A stretch of DNA of 62,450 nt, counting the filler, from an uncultured Methanosarcinales archaeon (GTDB lineage Archaea; Nanobdellota; Nanobdellia; Woesearchaeales; DSVV01), in NCBI GenBank assembly GCA_964593285.1. It is 3 parts of 3 records of this genome, joined end to end, with 100 filler letters (N's around TTAATTAATTAA, not from the genome) between each part and the next. Parts side by side here need not be neighbours in the genome. Positions count along the whole stretch, not along the records: positions 1 to 23,186 come from CAZQHZ010000017.1; positions 23,287 to 46,013 come from CAZQHZ010000018.1; 1 more part is not named here. One strand, written 5' to 3'. The position numbers were made by a program, and so were the translations under genes. Positions 18,760 through 28,476 of the stretch are shown here, in pieces. The notes below the pieces were generated by a model, which saw nothing but the letters and a program-made list of their open reading frames with translations, did not search any database and was not told where the DNA came from. Within the stretch, counting starts at the first letter, position 1. Every line of letters starts with the position of its first letter.

Positions 18760-19575
18760 ATGCAGTCAAAAATTATTTTTCTTGGAACGGGCGGTGATGA
18801 TATTGTTGTTAGTAAACAATTACGATCTAGTGGTGGAATTATTATAAATGTATCAGATACTCAGCTACATATAGATCCAGGCCCTGGTGCATTAATTAGA
18901 GCATATGATTATGGGGTTAATTTACGAAATAATGTTGCAGTTTTACTTAGTAACAATTTTTTAAATTCAGCAGGTGAAGTTAATTCAATCATTTCTGCAA
19001 TGAGTCTTGGGGGTTTAGATAAAAAAGGTGTTTTAATCACTAATAAAAGTGCTTATAATGGTTTTATGAATATGAATTCAATGATTAATGATTATTATAA
19101 AAATTTTCTTGAGCGAGATATTATTTTAGAGGCTCAAAAAAGGGTTGGGATAAATGAAGTTGAAATAATTGCAACTAGAACAAATAGTGTAGATGAAGAG
19201 GCTATTGGTTTTAAAATAATAACACCTAATTTTTCATTAGGTTATACTTCAGATACTGGTTATATTAAAACTTTAGTTGATGATTTTAAAGGAGTTGATT
19301 TAATGATTTTTAAATGTTTAAATAGCCAAGATCAAAAAACACATGGCCATTTAAATGTTGATGATATTATTAAATTATTACCACAAATTAAACCAAAACT
19401 TGCAATAATTACAGGATTTGGTATAAAAATGCATGAAAAAGATGTATTAAGTGAAGCAAGAACTATTCAAAAAAACACAAATATTCAAACAATTACAGCT
19501 TCAGATGGAATGGTGTTAAATCCTTTATCATATTCTGTGAATTTAAGACAGAGAAGATTAAATTTTTTTAAATAA
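18760..19575 (+). CDS. Metallo-beta-lactamase-fold protein
   Basis: IIFLGTGG, IDPGPG, YTSDT; the HxHxDH motif is degenerate (SNNFLNS). Confidence 0.8.
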   Translation: MQSKIIFLGTGGDDIVVSKQLRSSGGIIINVSDTQLHIDPGPGALIRAYDYGVNLRNNVAVLLSNNFLNSAGEVNSIISAMSLGGLDKKGVLITNKSAYNGFMNMNSMINDYYKNFLERDIILEAQKRVGINEVEIIATRTNSVDEEAIGFKIITPNFSLGYTSDTGYIKTLVDDFKGVDLMIFKCLNSQDQKTHGHLNVDDIIKLLPQIKPKLAIITGFGIKMHEKDVLSEARTIQKNTNIQTITASDGMVLNPLSYSVNLRQRRLNFFK

Positions 19576-19679
19576 AACAAAAAACTAGTAAAAATTTTAG
19601 TAAATTATTTAAATGTAAAATAAAATAATAATTCTATATTAAATATTTTATTATAAAATATAAAAAAGAGGTTGTTTAG

Positions 19680-22022
19680 ATGTATTTATATAAAAAAAGT
19701 GTGTTTTTATTTTTTTTACTAATTTTTTCATTTTTATTAATTTCAAATGGTGTATTTGCAAAAAAAATATTTGATGATTATGTTGTAAATAATCAAGAAA
19801 TAAAAATTGAAAATTATACTTTTAGAGCACTTAGTGATGAAGATTTATTAATTTTAAATGATGTTAATTCTACTAAAAGAATTATTTTACCAATAGATGA
19901 TTCAGTAGTTTTTGATACATTTTTATTTCAAAATGAAGATTCTAAAACAATTTTTGATGATGATTTAAAAAAATATAATTTAAGTGGTATTAGAACAAAT
20001 CAAGATGATATTCATTTAAATAAATTACTAGTAACAAAAATTACAAATGCTTTAGAAATTTCTAGATCACTAAAACCAAAAGAGCCAGATTTTTTTAGTA
20101 AATTAAATGTAATTACAAAAATAAAAAATGTTGGAAATGAAGATTTAGTTGGAATAAAATTTATTGATGAAATACCAATTTTTTTAAAATTAAATAATTA
20201 TACTGATGTAAATTTAGATAGGCAATTATCAAATATTGCACAAAATAAAATAAATCATAAATTTAATTTAAAAGTTGATGAAGAAAAAACTTTAATTGCA
20301 AATTATAATATAATTGGGTATTCTACAAATAATTTAACATTACCTAGTTCAAAATTAATATATAATGCATTTGATTCAGATGTTGAGTTATTATCATCAG
20401 AAGAAAATTTAGTTTTAAAATATCCATTAGATATATCAATAAAAGAAAATATAAATAAGGTAAATTATAAAAAAAAATTTAATTTAACATTAGTTTTAGA
20501 AAATAAACATCTTAATAATAAAATTGATTTAGAAAATTTTCAAATAGTCTTACCAAAAGGTCTAAATTTAATTACTAATAATGATAATATAATAAAAATT
20601 TCAGAAAACATTTATCAAATAGAAGGCGTTATTGATAAACAAGAAAAAAAAGAAATTAAACTTTTATTTATCCCAAATTTAATAGGTTTAGAAAGTATTA
20701 AATTTATGGCATCTTATAAATTTAGAAATATTGATTTTAATGATGAATTAATTCAAGAATTTAAAGTACAATTTAATGACTTAACTTTTGATTTTGATTT
20801 AAAAAATCCAAAAACTTCAATTATTAGAGGAGGTGATTTAGTAAATTTAGATTTTTCAATTGAAAATAATGAAGATGTTGTAATTGAAAATTTATCAGTA
20901 GAAATTTTTTCTGATTTATTTAATAAAATTAATTATAAATTTTTAAAATTAAATTCAAAAACAAGTGTAAATAATAAAATAAATAAAGAAATACCAATTT
21001 TTATACCATCATTAGATAACGATGAGTTTTTCAATGTTACTTTTAAATTAAGTTTTGATATTGGTTCAAATGAATTTAAAGTTTATGAAAAAACAAAATC
21101 TTATGAAATATTAAAAGGTTTATCTGATGAAATGTTTAATGTACAATTAAATTTTATTAACACTTCTAATGATTTAGTGTTTGTAAATTTAACATTAATT
21201 AAATTAAATAATGATTTATTTGATGATTTATCAATATTTATTAATTCAACAAATAAAAATGAAAAAATTAATTTAAATGAAAATCAAAAAACAAATTTGT
21301 TTAATCCAAGTATGAAAGAATTTTTTATATATAGTTTTAAAAAAAATAATTTATCAAATATTGAGCCAATTAGTATTTTTTTAAATATTTCAAAAAATAA
21401 TGAAGAAATAAAAAAAGAATTTAAATTTTATTTAGATTTGTTGTCTTTTAATATTTTGGATAATAAAGATGAAATTATTTTAAGTCAAGAATTATTGTCA
21501 AATATAACAAACACAACAAATACTAGCGTTAATGAAACTTCAATTGATGCAAGTGAAAATTCAAGTAGTACTAATAGAAGTAAAGATATTTTTAAAGATG
21601 GACAAGAAATTGAAGATAAGAAAAAATTTGAACCAAAAATAAAATTATTTCATTTCATTTTATTTGCTATTATAATTTCTTTTATTATTGTTGGTGTTAG
21701 TTTAATAAAATTATTTAAAAAAGAAAATAGAGAAGAAGCTACAAATAAAAAGAAAAAATTTTCATTTAATTTTAAAAATTTGTTTTCTAAAAAAAAGAAA
21801 GGAAAAAAATATGAAGATCCAATAGATCTTGGGTTATATAATCAAGAAAATGTTTCTTCTACAAAAAGAGTTAGTTTAATTCCAGCACCAGGTTCAGGTA
21901 TAGAAAAACTTGAAAACTATATAAATGTTAATAAAAATTTTGGTAAAAGTAATGATGAAATTAGAAAAAATTTAAAATCTGAAGGTTGGCTTGATGAAGT
22001 TATTGATGTATTTTTAAAATGA
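19680..22022 (+). CDS. Large secreted, membrane-anchored surface protein (Ig-like/S-layer-like domains)
   Basis: Signal peptide, IKNVG..IDEIP (DUF11-like) segment, Ser/Thr linker, C-terminal TM and cytoplasmic tail. Confidence 0.65.
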   Translation: MYLYKKSVFLFFLLIFSFLLISNGVFAKKIFDDYVVNNQEIKIENYTFRALSDEDLLILNDVNSTKRIILPIDDSVVFDTFLFQNEDSKTIFDDDLKKYNLSGIRTNQDDIHLNKLLVTKITNALEISRSLKPKEPDFFSKLNVITKIKNVGNEDLVGIKFIDEIPIFLKLNNYTDVNLDRQLSNIAQNKINHKFNLKVDEEKTLIANYNIIGYSTNNLTLPSSKLIYNAFDSDVELLSSEENLVLKYPLDISIKENINKVNYKKKFNLTLVLENKHLNNKIDLENFQIVLPKGLNLITNNDNIIKISENIYQIEGVIDKQEKKEIKLLFIPNLIGLESIKFMASYKFRNIDFNDELIQEFKVQFNDLTFDFDLKNPKTSIIRGGDLVNLDFSIENNEDVVIENLSVEIFSDLFNKINYKFLKLNSKTSVNNKINKEIPIFIPSLDNDEFFNVTFKLSFDIGSNEFKVYEKTKSYEILKGLSDEMFNVQLNFINTSNDLVFVNLTLIKLNNDLFDDLSIFINSTNKNEKINLNENQKTNLFNPSMKEFFIYSFKKNNLSNIEPISIFLNISKNNEEIKKEFKFYLDLLSFNILDNKDEIILSQELLSNITNTTNTSVNETSIDASENSSSTNRSKDIFKDGQEIEDKKKFEPKIKLFHFILFAIIISFIIVGVSLIKLFKKENREEATNKKKKFSFNFKNLFSKKKKGKKYEDPIDLGLYNQENVSSTKRVSLIPAPGSGIEKLENYINVNKNFGKSNDEIRKNLKSEGWLDEVIDVFLK

Positions 22023-22459
22023 TTAAAAAAAAATCTCAAAGTTCAGTTGAATTAGTTATGGTAATTGGAATTACTCTTGGAGTTTTTTCTGTTACATTAT
22101 TAATAATTCAATCATATGCAGGTATTACAACAAATAATGCACTAATAAATCAAGCTAATAATATAGGTATGAATATGGTAGAAAATGCTGAACTAGTTAG
22201 AGCTTATGGATATCCTGCACGAATTGAAGTTGAATATAATTTTCCAGATAATATAAATGGAATGTTTGCTGTTAATAATTCATTATTTTTTAATACTTCA
22301 TTAAGTGGTTATAATTCATTAATGGAATTTTATTCAAATGCAAAAATGAATGTTTTATTAACTGAAGATGATTTTATAAAAGGTAAAAAATATATATTAT
22401 TTGAAGCAAACGAAACGCATAGAGATTATGTTAATATTAAAAGAATTTTTAAAAAATGA
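22019..22459 (+). CDS. Class III signal peptide (pilin-like) protein
   Basis: KKSQSSVEL followed by a hydrophobic helix. Confidence 0.75.
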   Translation: MIKKKSQSSVELVMVIGITLGVFSVTLLIIQSYAGITTNNALINQANNIGMNMVENAELVRAYGYPARIEVEYNFPDNINGMFAVNNSLFFNTSLSGYNSLMEFYSNAKMNVLLTEDDFIKGKKYILFEANETHRDYVNIKRIFKK

Positions 22460-22950
22460 TAAAAAATAAAGCACAAATTAGTTTAGAATATGTTACTATA
22501 ATTGCTTTTGTTTTTTTTATTAGTAGTACTTTTCTTTATATTTTTGGTGATAGGATTGTTTTTTCAAATAAAGATAATGTTATTACTACTGCTGATAATA
22601 TTGCAAATATGTTTGAAATTCAAGTTGAAATTGCAAACAGAGCATATAATGGTTATGAATCTGTATTTAAAATGCCTATTAGAACATCTCTTTATGAATA
22701 TAATTTTAATATTTTTGAAAATAATACTTTATTAATAACAATTAATGAATATGATCATGTAATTGGTCTTAGAAATAATACTATAAGTCATTTATCGCTA
22801 AATGATTCATTGGGTTATTATCCAATTGTGATTAGAAAAAATGATGGTTTAATCGAAATTAGTTCATGTATTAGTTGTACTGAATCATTGAAAAATTGTT
22901 TTAATGATGATACTTTAGAAGGTTGTAGTGGTTATGAATTAAATGATTAA
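22456..22950 (+). CDS. Class III signal peptide (pilin-like) protein
   Basis: KAQISLEY followed by a hydrophobic helix; Cys-rich C-terminus. Confidence 0.78.
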   Translation: MIKNKAQISLEYVTIIAFVFFISSTFLYIFGDRIVFSNKDNVITTADNIANMFEIQVEIANRAYNGYESVFKMPIRTSLYEYNFNIFENNTLLITINEYDHVIGLRNNTISHLSLNDSLGYYPIVIRKNDGLIEISSCISCTESLKNCFNDDTLEGCSGYELND

Positions 22951-23186
22951 AAAAAACAATAATAAAAACATGTTATTAATTTATTTAATTTCATTTTGTA
23001 TTTTAGTTGTAATTAGCTTAATTTTTATAATTTTAAATAATTATAATGAAAAAGATGAATTAACTATTGAATTAAAAAAAACAGCATGTTATTCTGCAAG
23101 TTCATTAAATAATTGTGATGAGTTAATAAATTCACCAATTTCAAGTGAGGAATGTTGTGAACTATTTGATAAATGTTGTTTAGAAT
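22943..23186 (+). CDS. Small membrane-anchored Cys-rich protein, cut by the contig end
   Basis: TM helix, then AC..C..ECCELFDKCC; the ORF-track stop lies inside the artificial linker. Confidence 0.55.
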
Positions 23187-23286
23187 NNNNNNNNNNNNNN
23201 NNNNNNNNNNNNNNNNNNNNNNNNNNNNNNTTAATTAATTAANNNNNNNNNNNNNNNNNNNNNNNNNNNNNNNNNNNNNNNNNNNN
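23187..23286. other. Artificial contig linker (44N-TTAATTAATTAA-44N)
   Basis: Six-frame stop linker, with an identical copy at 46014-46113. Confidence 0.97.
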
Positions 23287-23287
23287 A

Positions 23288-23350
23288 AAAATTCAAAATC
23301 AAGTTAACAAAGACTGGGAAAATTTAAAAAAAAGATGTTCTAATAGCTAA
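23288..23350 (+). CDS. 3' end of a gene cut by the contig start, possibly a 2-oxoacid:ferredoxin oxidoreductase beta subunit
   Basis: KIQNQVNKDWENLKKRCSNS* resembles the PorB C-terminus; very short. Confidence 0.3.
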   Translation, partial: KIQNQVNKDWENLKKRCSNS

Positions 23351-23394
23351 ATTTTCGTTAAATTTTTAAACAATTAAATCTAAGACAAATAGTA

Positions 23395-23937
23395 ATGAGA
23401 CTTTTTATTGCATTTGATGTTAATAATAACATGAAAAAGTATTTGTTTGAAATTCAAAATAAATTAAATGTTAATAATGATATTTTAAAAATTTCAAGTG
23501 GGTTTCATTTAACTTTAAAATATTTGGGAGAACAATCTAAATCAAAGACTGAATTGATAATTAAGGAACTTTCTAGTATAAAATTTCAAAAATTTAATGT
23601 ACATACTAAAGGAATTGGTTTTTTTAAAAAAAATAATCAAATTAAAATTGTTTGGTGTGGGATTGAACCAAAAGATGAAATATTAAATTTGAAAAAATTA
23701 ATTGATGAAAAATTAAAAAAAATAGGATTTGTCAATTTTGACAAGAAAGAATTTTTTCCACATATAACGCTTATTCGAGTTAAAAAAATAAATGATGTTT
23801 CTTTGTTTAAAGAAAATATAAAAAATCTTAAAAAAAAAGAAATAGAAAGTGTTGTTGATTCTTTCACATTATATAAAAGTACACTAACAGAACATGGACC
23901 TATATATAATGTTATTGAACGATTTAAATTAGTATGA
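23395..23937 (+). CDS. thpR: RNA 2',3'-cyclic phosphodiesterase (2H family)
   Basis: MRLFIA, HLTLKYLG, PHITL, STLT..GPIY. Confidence 0.93.
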   Translation: MRLFIAFDVNNNMKKYLFEIQNKLNVNNDILKISSGFHLTLKYLGEQSKSKTELIIKELSSIKFQKFNVHTKGIGFFKKNNQIKIVWCGIEPKDEILNLKKLIDEKLKKIGFVNFDKKEFFPHITLIRVKKINDVSLFKENIKNLKKKEIESVVDSFTLYKSTLTEHGPIYNVIERFKLV

Positions 23938-24106
23938 TTATGATGCAACATTTTCAAATATTTATATGATAATTTAATAATATGTTCTAATAAGGAGCAA
24001 TCTATATACGGCCACAATAATATACATATAAATTTTGACCTTTAAAATTATGTATGTACATGATAACAATAATTTTTTAAAAACAAATTATTTCTTTTTT
24101 TAAAAA

Positions 24107-25021
24107 ATGAAAAATTATGGAATAATTATCTCAAAAAAAGATCCTGCTGGGATTAATATATTTAATAATCTTATTAGTAATTTTAATTTTAAAAAAACAA
24201 TTATGGATTTAAAAATAAAAAATATAAATAAAATTAAAAAATATGAAAATATTGATATTAATTATAATGATTTATTAATTGATGAAATTTATGTTTATAA
24301 TAATTTAACATTAATTTTAACAAATAAAGAAAGCATTTTTTGTGATTATTTAGATTATTTTTTTGGTTTTGATGTTTTTATTTTTGCAACAAAACATAAA
24401 GCAATTAAGAATAATTCTTGTTTTTGTGTTCATACTCCTGGTAATTTTAATAAGGCTAATTATGGTGGAATTGACTATTTTATAGGTTATAGTGCGATTG
24501 ATGAAATTGCTTTTGCATTTAAGTATTTAGAAAAGATTAATAATTTACCAGAATTTAATCAAACACTTGAATGTACGCATCATGGTCCAATTATTTATAA
24601 ATCATCGATGTTTATTGAAGTTGGAAGCACAGAGCTTGAGTGGGAAAATAAAAAAGCCGGTTTAATTATTGCAAAAACAATTATTAAAATGACATCAATT
24701 ACTTATAATAATTTTGAAAAACAAATTTTATTTGGTATTGGAGGACCTCATTATTGTAATAATTTTAATAAATTATTAGATTTTGATAAATATTTAATTG
24801 GGCATGTTTGTCCAAAATATAATTTAGAATTTTTAAATGAAGAATTAATACTTCAAGGGATACAAAAATCAAATTATTTTGAAAATAATCAAAAAAACAA
24901 ACAAATTTTAGTCGCTGTTGACTTTAAAGGTCTTGGTAAATTTAAAGAAAAAATAATAAATATGTTAGAAAAATTAAATTTAAATTATGAAAAAATTGAA
25001 AAATTAAAAAAAAAATATTAA
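24107..25021 (+). CDS. dtdA: D-aminoacyl-tRNA deacylase (archaeal DTD2)
   Basis: SKKDPAG, VHTPGN, ECTHHGP, FIEVGS, GIGGPHY. Confidence 0.92.
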   Translation: MKNYGIIISKKDPAGINIFNNLISNFNFKKTIMDLKIKNINKIKKYENIDINYNDLLIDEIYVYNNLTLILTNKESIFCDYLDYFFGFDVFIFATKHKAIKNNSCFCVHTPGNFNKANYGGIDYFIGYSAIDEIAFAFKYLEKINNLPEFNQTLECTHHGPIIYKSSMFIEVGSTELEWENKKAGLIIAKTIIKMTSITYNNFEKQILFGIGGPHYCNNFNKLLDFDKYLIGHVCPKYNLEFLNEELILQGIQKSNYFENNQKNKQILVAVDFKGLGKFKEKIINMLEKLNLNYEKIEKLKKKY

Positions 25022-25500
25022 TTTAATTTATCGCTATATTCTCCTTTATTTACTGCTTCAATTATTTTTTGTGCAGGTAAATTATCTACTGTAACGCCCA
25101 TTGATCTACAAGTTCCTAAAATTTCTTTACACATTGCAGCTTTGTTTTTTCCAAGAAGAGAATCTTGCTTCATTTTTGCAACTTTTGCTAGTTGTTCAAA
25201 AGTAATATTACCTGCAACTTCAGTTAATTGACTTTTTGAACCTTTTTGTATTCCTGCTTCTTTTTTGATTAATTGTGTTGCAGGAGGTGTTCCAATTTTA
25301 ATTTTATATTCTTTTGTATCTTTATCAATAATAACTTTAACTGGAACTTTCATGCCTTTAAAATCTCCAGTTTTATTATTTATATCAGCGACAACTTGTC
25401 CGATATTTACACCCATTGGACCTAGTGCTGGACCTAGTGGTGGTGCTGCTGTTGCTTTTCCACCTTCAATTAAAATTTCAACTGTTTCTTTTTTTCCCAT
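25018..25500 (-). CDS. rpl11: 50S ribosomal protein L11
   Basis: GGKATAAPPLGPALGPMG, GTCRSMGV. Confidence 0.97.
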   Translation of the reverse strand: MGKKETVEILIEGGKATAAPPLGPALGPMGVNIGQVVADINNKTGDFKGMKVPVKVIIDKDTKEYKIKIGTPPATQLIKKEAGIQKGSKSQLTEVAGNITFEQLAKVAKMKQDSLLGKNKAAMCKEILGTCRSMGVTVDNLPAQKIIEAVNKGEYSDKLN

Positions 25501-25600
25501 TTTTATAAACTCCAACCTTTTCTTAATTTATAAGTAAAGGTTTTGGATACCTATCGTTCATTAAAACTGAATTTGTTTTAATCTACTAAATAAGCCACCA
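25501..25600 (-). promoter_or_regulatory. Candidate structured 5' leader of rpl11
   Basis: Two stem-loops; the second pairs over the SD-like GGUUGGAG. Confidence 0.45.
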
Positions 25601-25662
25601 AATATTTTAAAAAAAGAAATTATATTTAAATATTACCATGGTTTTTTGTTATTTTAAAAAAA

Positions 25663-25872
25663 TTATAATTTATTTAACAAAACGTATGTTTTTTTTTGGT
25701 TAAATTCTGGATTTAAACAGTGAAACATAGGTTCTTGATAGTTTTTTTGATAAATGCATTGTTTTGTGCCAATATATGCACCTTTTGTACAATACATTTT
25801 TCCAAGAATTTCAATACTGTATGTTTTTTGATTTTGACATATATTTTCAAGTTTTTTATTTTTATCAATCAT
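25663..25872 (-). CDS. Small Cys-containing hypothetical protein
   Basis: 69 aa with four spaced Cys; co-oriented with the two upstream genes. Confidence 0.5.
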   Translation of the reverse strand: MIDKNKKLENICQNQKTYSIEILGKMYCTKGAYIGTKQCIYQKNYQEPMFHCLNPEFNQKKTYVLLNKL

Positions 25873-25932
25873 TTTTTAATTATTTATAAAAATTATTTTT
25901 AACAATACAGATAGTAAAATAGATGAACTATA

Positions 25933-26616
25933 TTAATTTTTGTATTTTAATTGATTTTTTTTTCTATTTTTATAGAAAAGTGGAGTATAGAGGCAGATTA
26001 ATGTTGCAATTGAACTAAAAATTGTTTTTTTTCTTGAATTATTCATTGAATTTTCTCGCATGGAAATTTCTTTTTCAATTAATTCATTATTATAATCTAT
26101 TTTTTGAGTGTATTGATCAATTTTTGCTGAAATTTCTGATTTTGTCTCATCTAATAAATTTAATGCTTTTTTGTTTCCTAAATAATTTTTTAATTCTGTT
26201 AGATTATTAGAAATATTTTCATATTTTGTTTTTTCTTCTAAATTATTAGCTATATTTGTTTCATAATGACTTATATTTTCTTGGGCTATTTTTGTTTCTT
26301 TATTTAAGTTATATGCATTAAATGCACCATATGATAGAAAAACTGCACCTGCTAAAAAGAAGTAATTAATTTTATTGATTTTTTTTTTATTTTCATTATT
26401 TTTAACATAACTTATTTTAGCATTATTTTTTTTATTTTTTTTTATTTTTAATAATTCACCTGCTTTATTTGTAGCATCTGTAACTATTTTTTCAATTTCT
26501 TCATCATCATAAGCTGTTTCAATTTTTTTTTTTGTTTCAATTGCTAAATCTGAATCTATTGCATCAATATAAAGCAAATCATCTAGATTTATTTTTTCTT
26601 CTTTGTCTTTAGCCAT
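25933..26616 (-). CDS. Hypothetical membrane protein (TM-coiled coil-TM)
   Basis: Two hydrophobic segments flank a helical region. Confidence 0.6.
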   Translation of the reverse strand: MAKDKEEKINLDDLLYIDAIDSDLAIETKKKIETAYDDEEIEKIVTDATNKAGELLKIKKNKKNNAKISYVKNNENKKKINKINYFFLAGAVFLSYGAFNAYNLNKETKIAQENISHYETNIANNLEEKTKYENISNNLTELKNYLGNKKALNLLDETKSEISAKIDQYTQKIDYNNELIEKEISMRENSMNNSRKKTIFSSIATLICLYTPLFYKNRKKNQLKYKN

Positions 26617-26650
26617 TTTTACAAGTTATTAAAAATGATAAAATTAGCAC

Positions 26651-28351
26651 TTAAATTTTTACTAATTCAAGTTCATAAGTTTTTTGCTTATCATCATCGC
26701 AAGCTTTAAGCATTAATGGTTTTTCATCATCAATTTGTGCTGCTATTACTTTTAATTGGGCTTTATGAATTCTATTTTGCTTTTCAAGTTTTATTTTTTC
26801 TTCATTTGCTTTTTTTGCTTCTATTTCTTTTAATTCTGTTTTGTGTAATTGTTTTTGATATTGATTTTTAAATCTTAAAACATCATCATCTTTTTGTTCT
26901 AACATTTTTTGTGCATTATTTAAATTAGCTAATGCACTGTTGTATTCTAATTGTAATTTTTTTACATCACTTTTCATGGTTTCAAGTTCACCTGCAGTTT
27001 TTACTGCACGCTCAAAAGGACCAACCATTCTTTGAATTTTTAAATCTTTTAAATTATTTTCTTCATTTAATAGATATGTTTTTTTTTCTAAATTTTCTCT
27101 TTTTGTTACTAATCTTTTTATTGAATTAATTGCTCGTTTATATAATGTAAATACTTTATTGCCTTTATTTTCTGCTTGTTCATATAAATTTTCTAAATGA
27201 TTAACTTTAAATTGTAAAGCTTTTGCATTTTCTCTACTTTGAGTTTTTGCTTTATGTGAAATTACAATTTTATTTTCTAAAGTTTCAATATATATTTGAT
27301 TTTGTTTATCTTTTTCTTCGATATCTTGTAATCTATTCATTTCTAATTTATAATTTTTATTAATTCTTTTTTCTTCTTTTAGTTCTTCATCTTTTGTTTT
27401 TAGAATATTTTCTAATTCATTTATTTTGTATGTTTTTTCTTCTGATACTAATTTTTCTTTAAATATCGCTTCATTTACATGATTTTTTGCAGATTCATTT
27501 AAATCACTTATGTAATCTAAAATTAGTGTAGGATTTGAACTTCTAATTGCTTCATCAATAAAACTTTTTGTATCTTCATCTATATAATTGAGAGAATCTT
27601 GTGCTCTAAGTTGTGCATTTGAAATATTTTTATCTTGATTGCTATATAGCATTTCCTCTAATTCTTGACGCTTGTTGATTTCATTATCTAATGATTTTTC
27701 GTGTTCTGATTTAATATCTTCTATTAGATTATAAAATCCATTTATTTCATTATTAATTAAATCAATTGATTTTTTTATATTTTGATTATTTCCTGTATAT
27801 TCAATTGAAATTAATTTATTAGAACTTGAATCTTGTTTTATTTTTATTGAATCTTCATTTAATAAATTTTCTAAATCACTTTTTGTTTCATCTAGTTTTG
27901 AACTTAATTCATCTTTTTCTATGTTAGCTTCTTCTAATTCATTATACAAAGTATCAAATTCATTTTTTATCCTATTGTGTGAAATTTTTAAATTTTCATA
28001 TTTATTTAGTTGTTCATTAACTTTATCTACTAATTCTAAATTTTGTTGTGTTTCATTATCTGTTAAAATAATTTTTTTATTACCTTCATCATATTTTAAA
28101 TCACTAATTTTTGGTTGTTTTAAATAATCAATATGTTCTCTTAATTGCTTAATATATTCTGGATTTGAATTATTATTTTTTCCATTTTTAAAGGAATTTC
28201 TTATAATATTGTCGACTGATCTATACATAATATCTGGAATTCCTGTAAAATCTTCAAATTCAGAAATTTTACTTTTTAAATTGTTAATAGACTTTTCGAT
28301 ATTTTTATTATGTACTTCAAATAGTTTATAAACATGTTCTTTAGTTGTCAT
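26651..28351 (-). CDS. Long coiled-coil hypothetical protein
   Basis: 566 aa of E/K/L/N-rich heptads; no Walker A seen. Confidence 0.7.
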   Translation of the reverse strand: MTTKEHVYKLFEVHNKNIEKSINNLKSKISEFEDFTGIPDIMYRSVDNIIRNSFKNGKNNNSNPEYIKQLREHIDYLKQPKISDLKYDEGNKKIILTDNETQQNLELVDKVNEQLNKYENLKISHNRIKNEFDTLYNELEEANIEKDELSSKLDETKSDLENLLNEDSIKIKQDSSSNKLISIEYTGNNQNIKKSIDLINNEINGFYNLIEDIKSEHEKSLDNEINKRQELEEMLYSNQDKNISNAQLRAQDSLNYIDEDTKSFIDEAIRSSNPTLILDYISDLNESAKNHVNEAIFKEKLVSEEKTYKINELENILKTKDEELKEEKRINKNYKLEMNRLQDIEEKDKQNQIYIETLENKIVISHKAKTQSRENAKALQFKVNHLENLYEQAENKGNKVFTLYKRAINSIKRLVTKRENLEKKTYLLNEENNLKDLKIQRMVGPFERAVKTAGELETMKSDVKKLQLEYNSALANLNNAQKMLEQKDDDVLRFKNQYQKQLHKTELKEIEAKKANEEKIKLEKQNRIHKAQLKVIAAQIDDEKPLMLKACDDDKQKTYELELVKI

Positions 28352-28476
28352 TTTATACCACCCATAAAAATTTTAATTATTAATAAAAAAATATACTAGT
28401 AAAAATTAAAGAAACAAAAACTTACTTTTAAATGTTTTTATTTTAAAGTAACAACAACCATCTAAATAATTATTAA

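Noticed and set aside
23231..23242. TTAATTAATTAA palindrome inside N runs (also 46058-46069) as a biological repeat or att site
   Set aside because: Symmetric 44-N flanks and stops in all six frames mark it as an artificial linker.
23938..24106. Imperfect AT-rich inverted repeat between thpR and dtdA as an ncRNA
   Set aside because: Pairing is almost all A-T and expected by chance at this composition.
26651..28351. Coiled-coil protein as SMC/Rad50
   Set aside because: No Walker A/B, signature motif, hinge or zinc hook.
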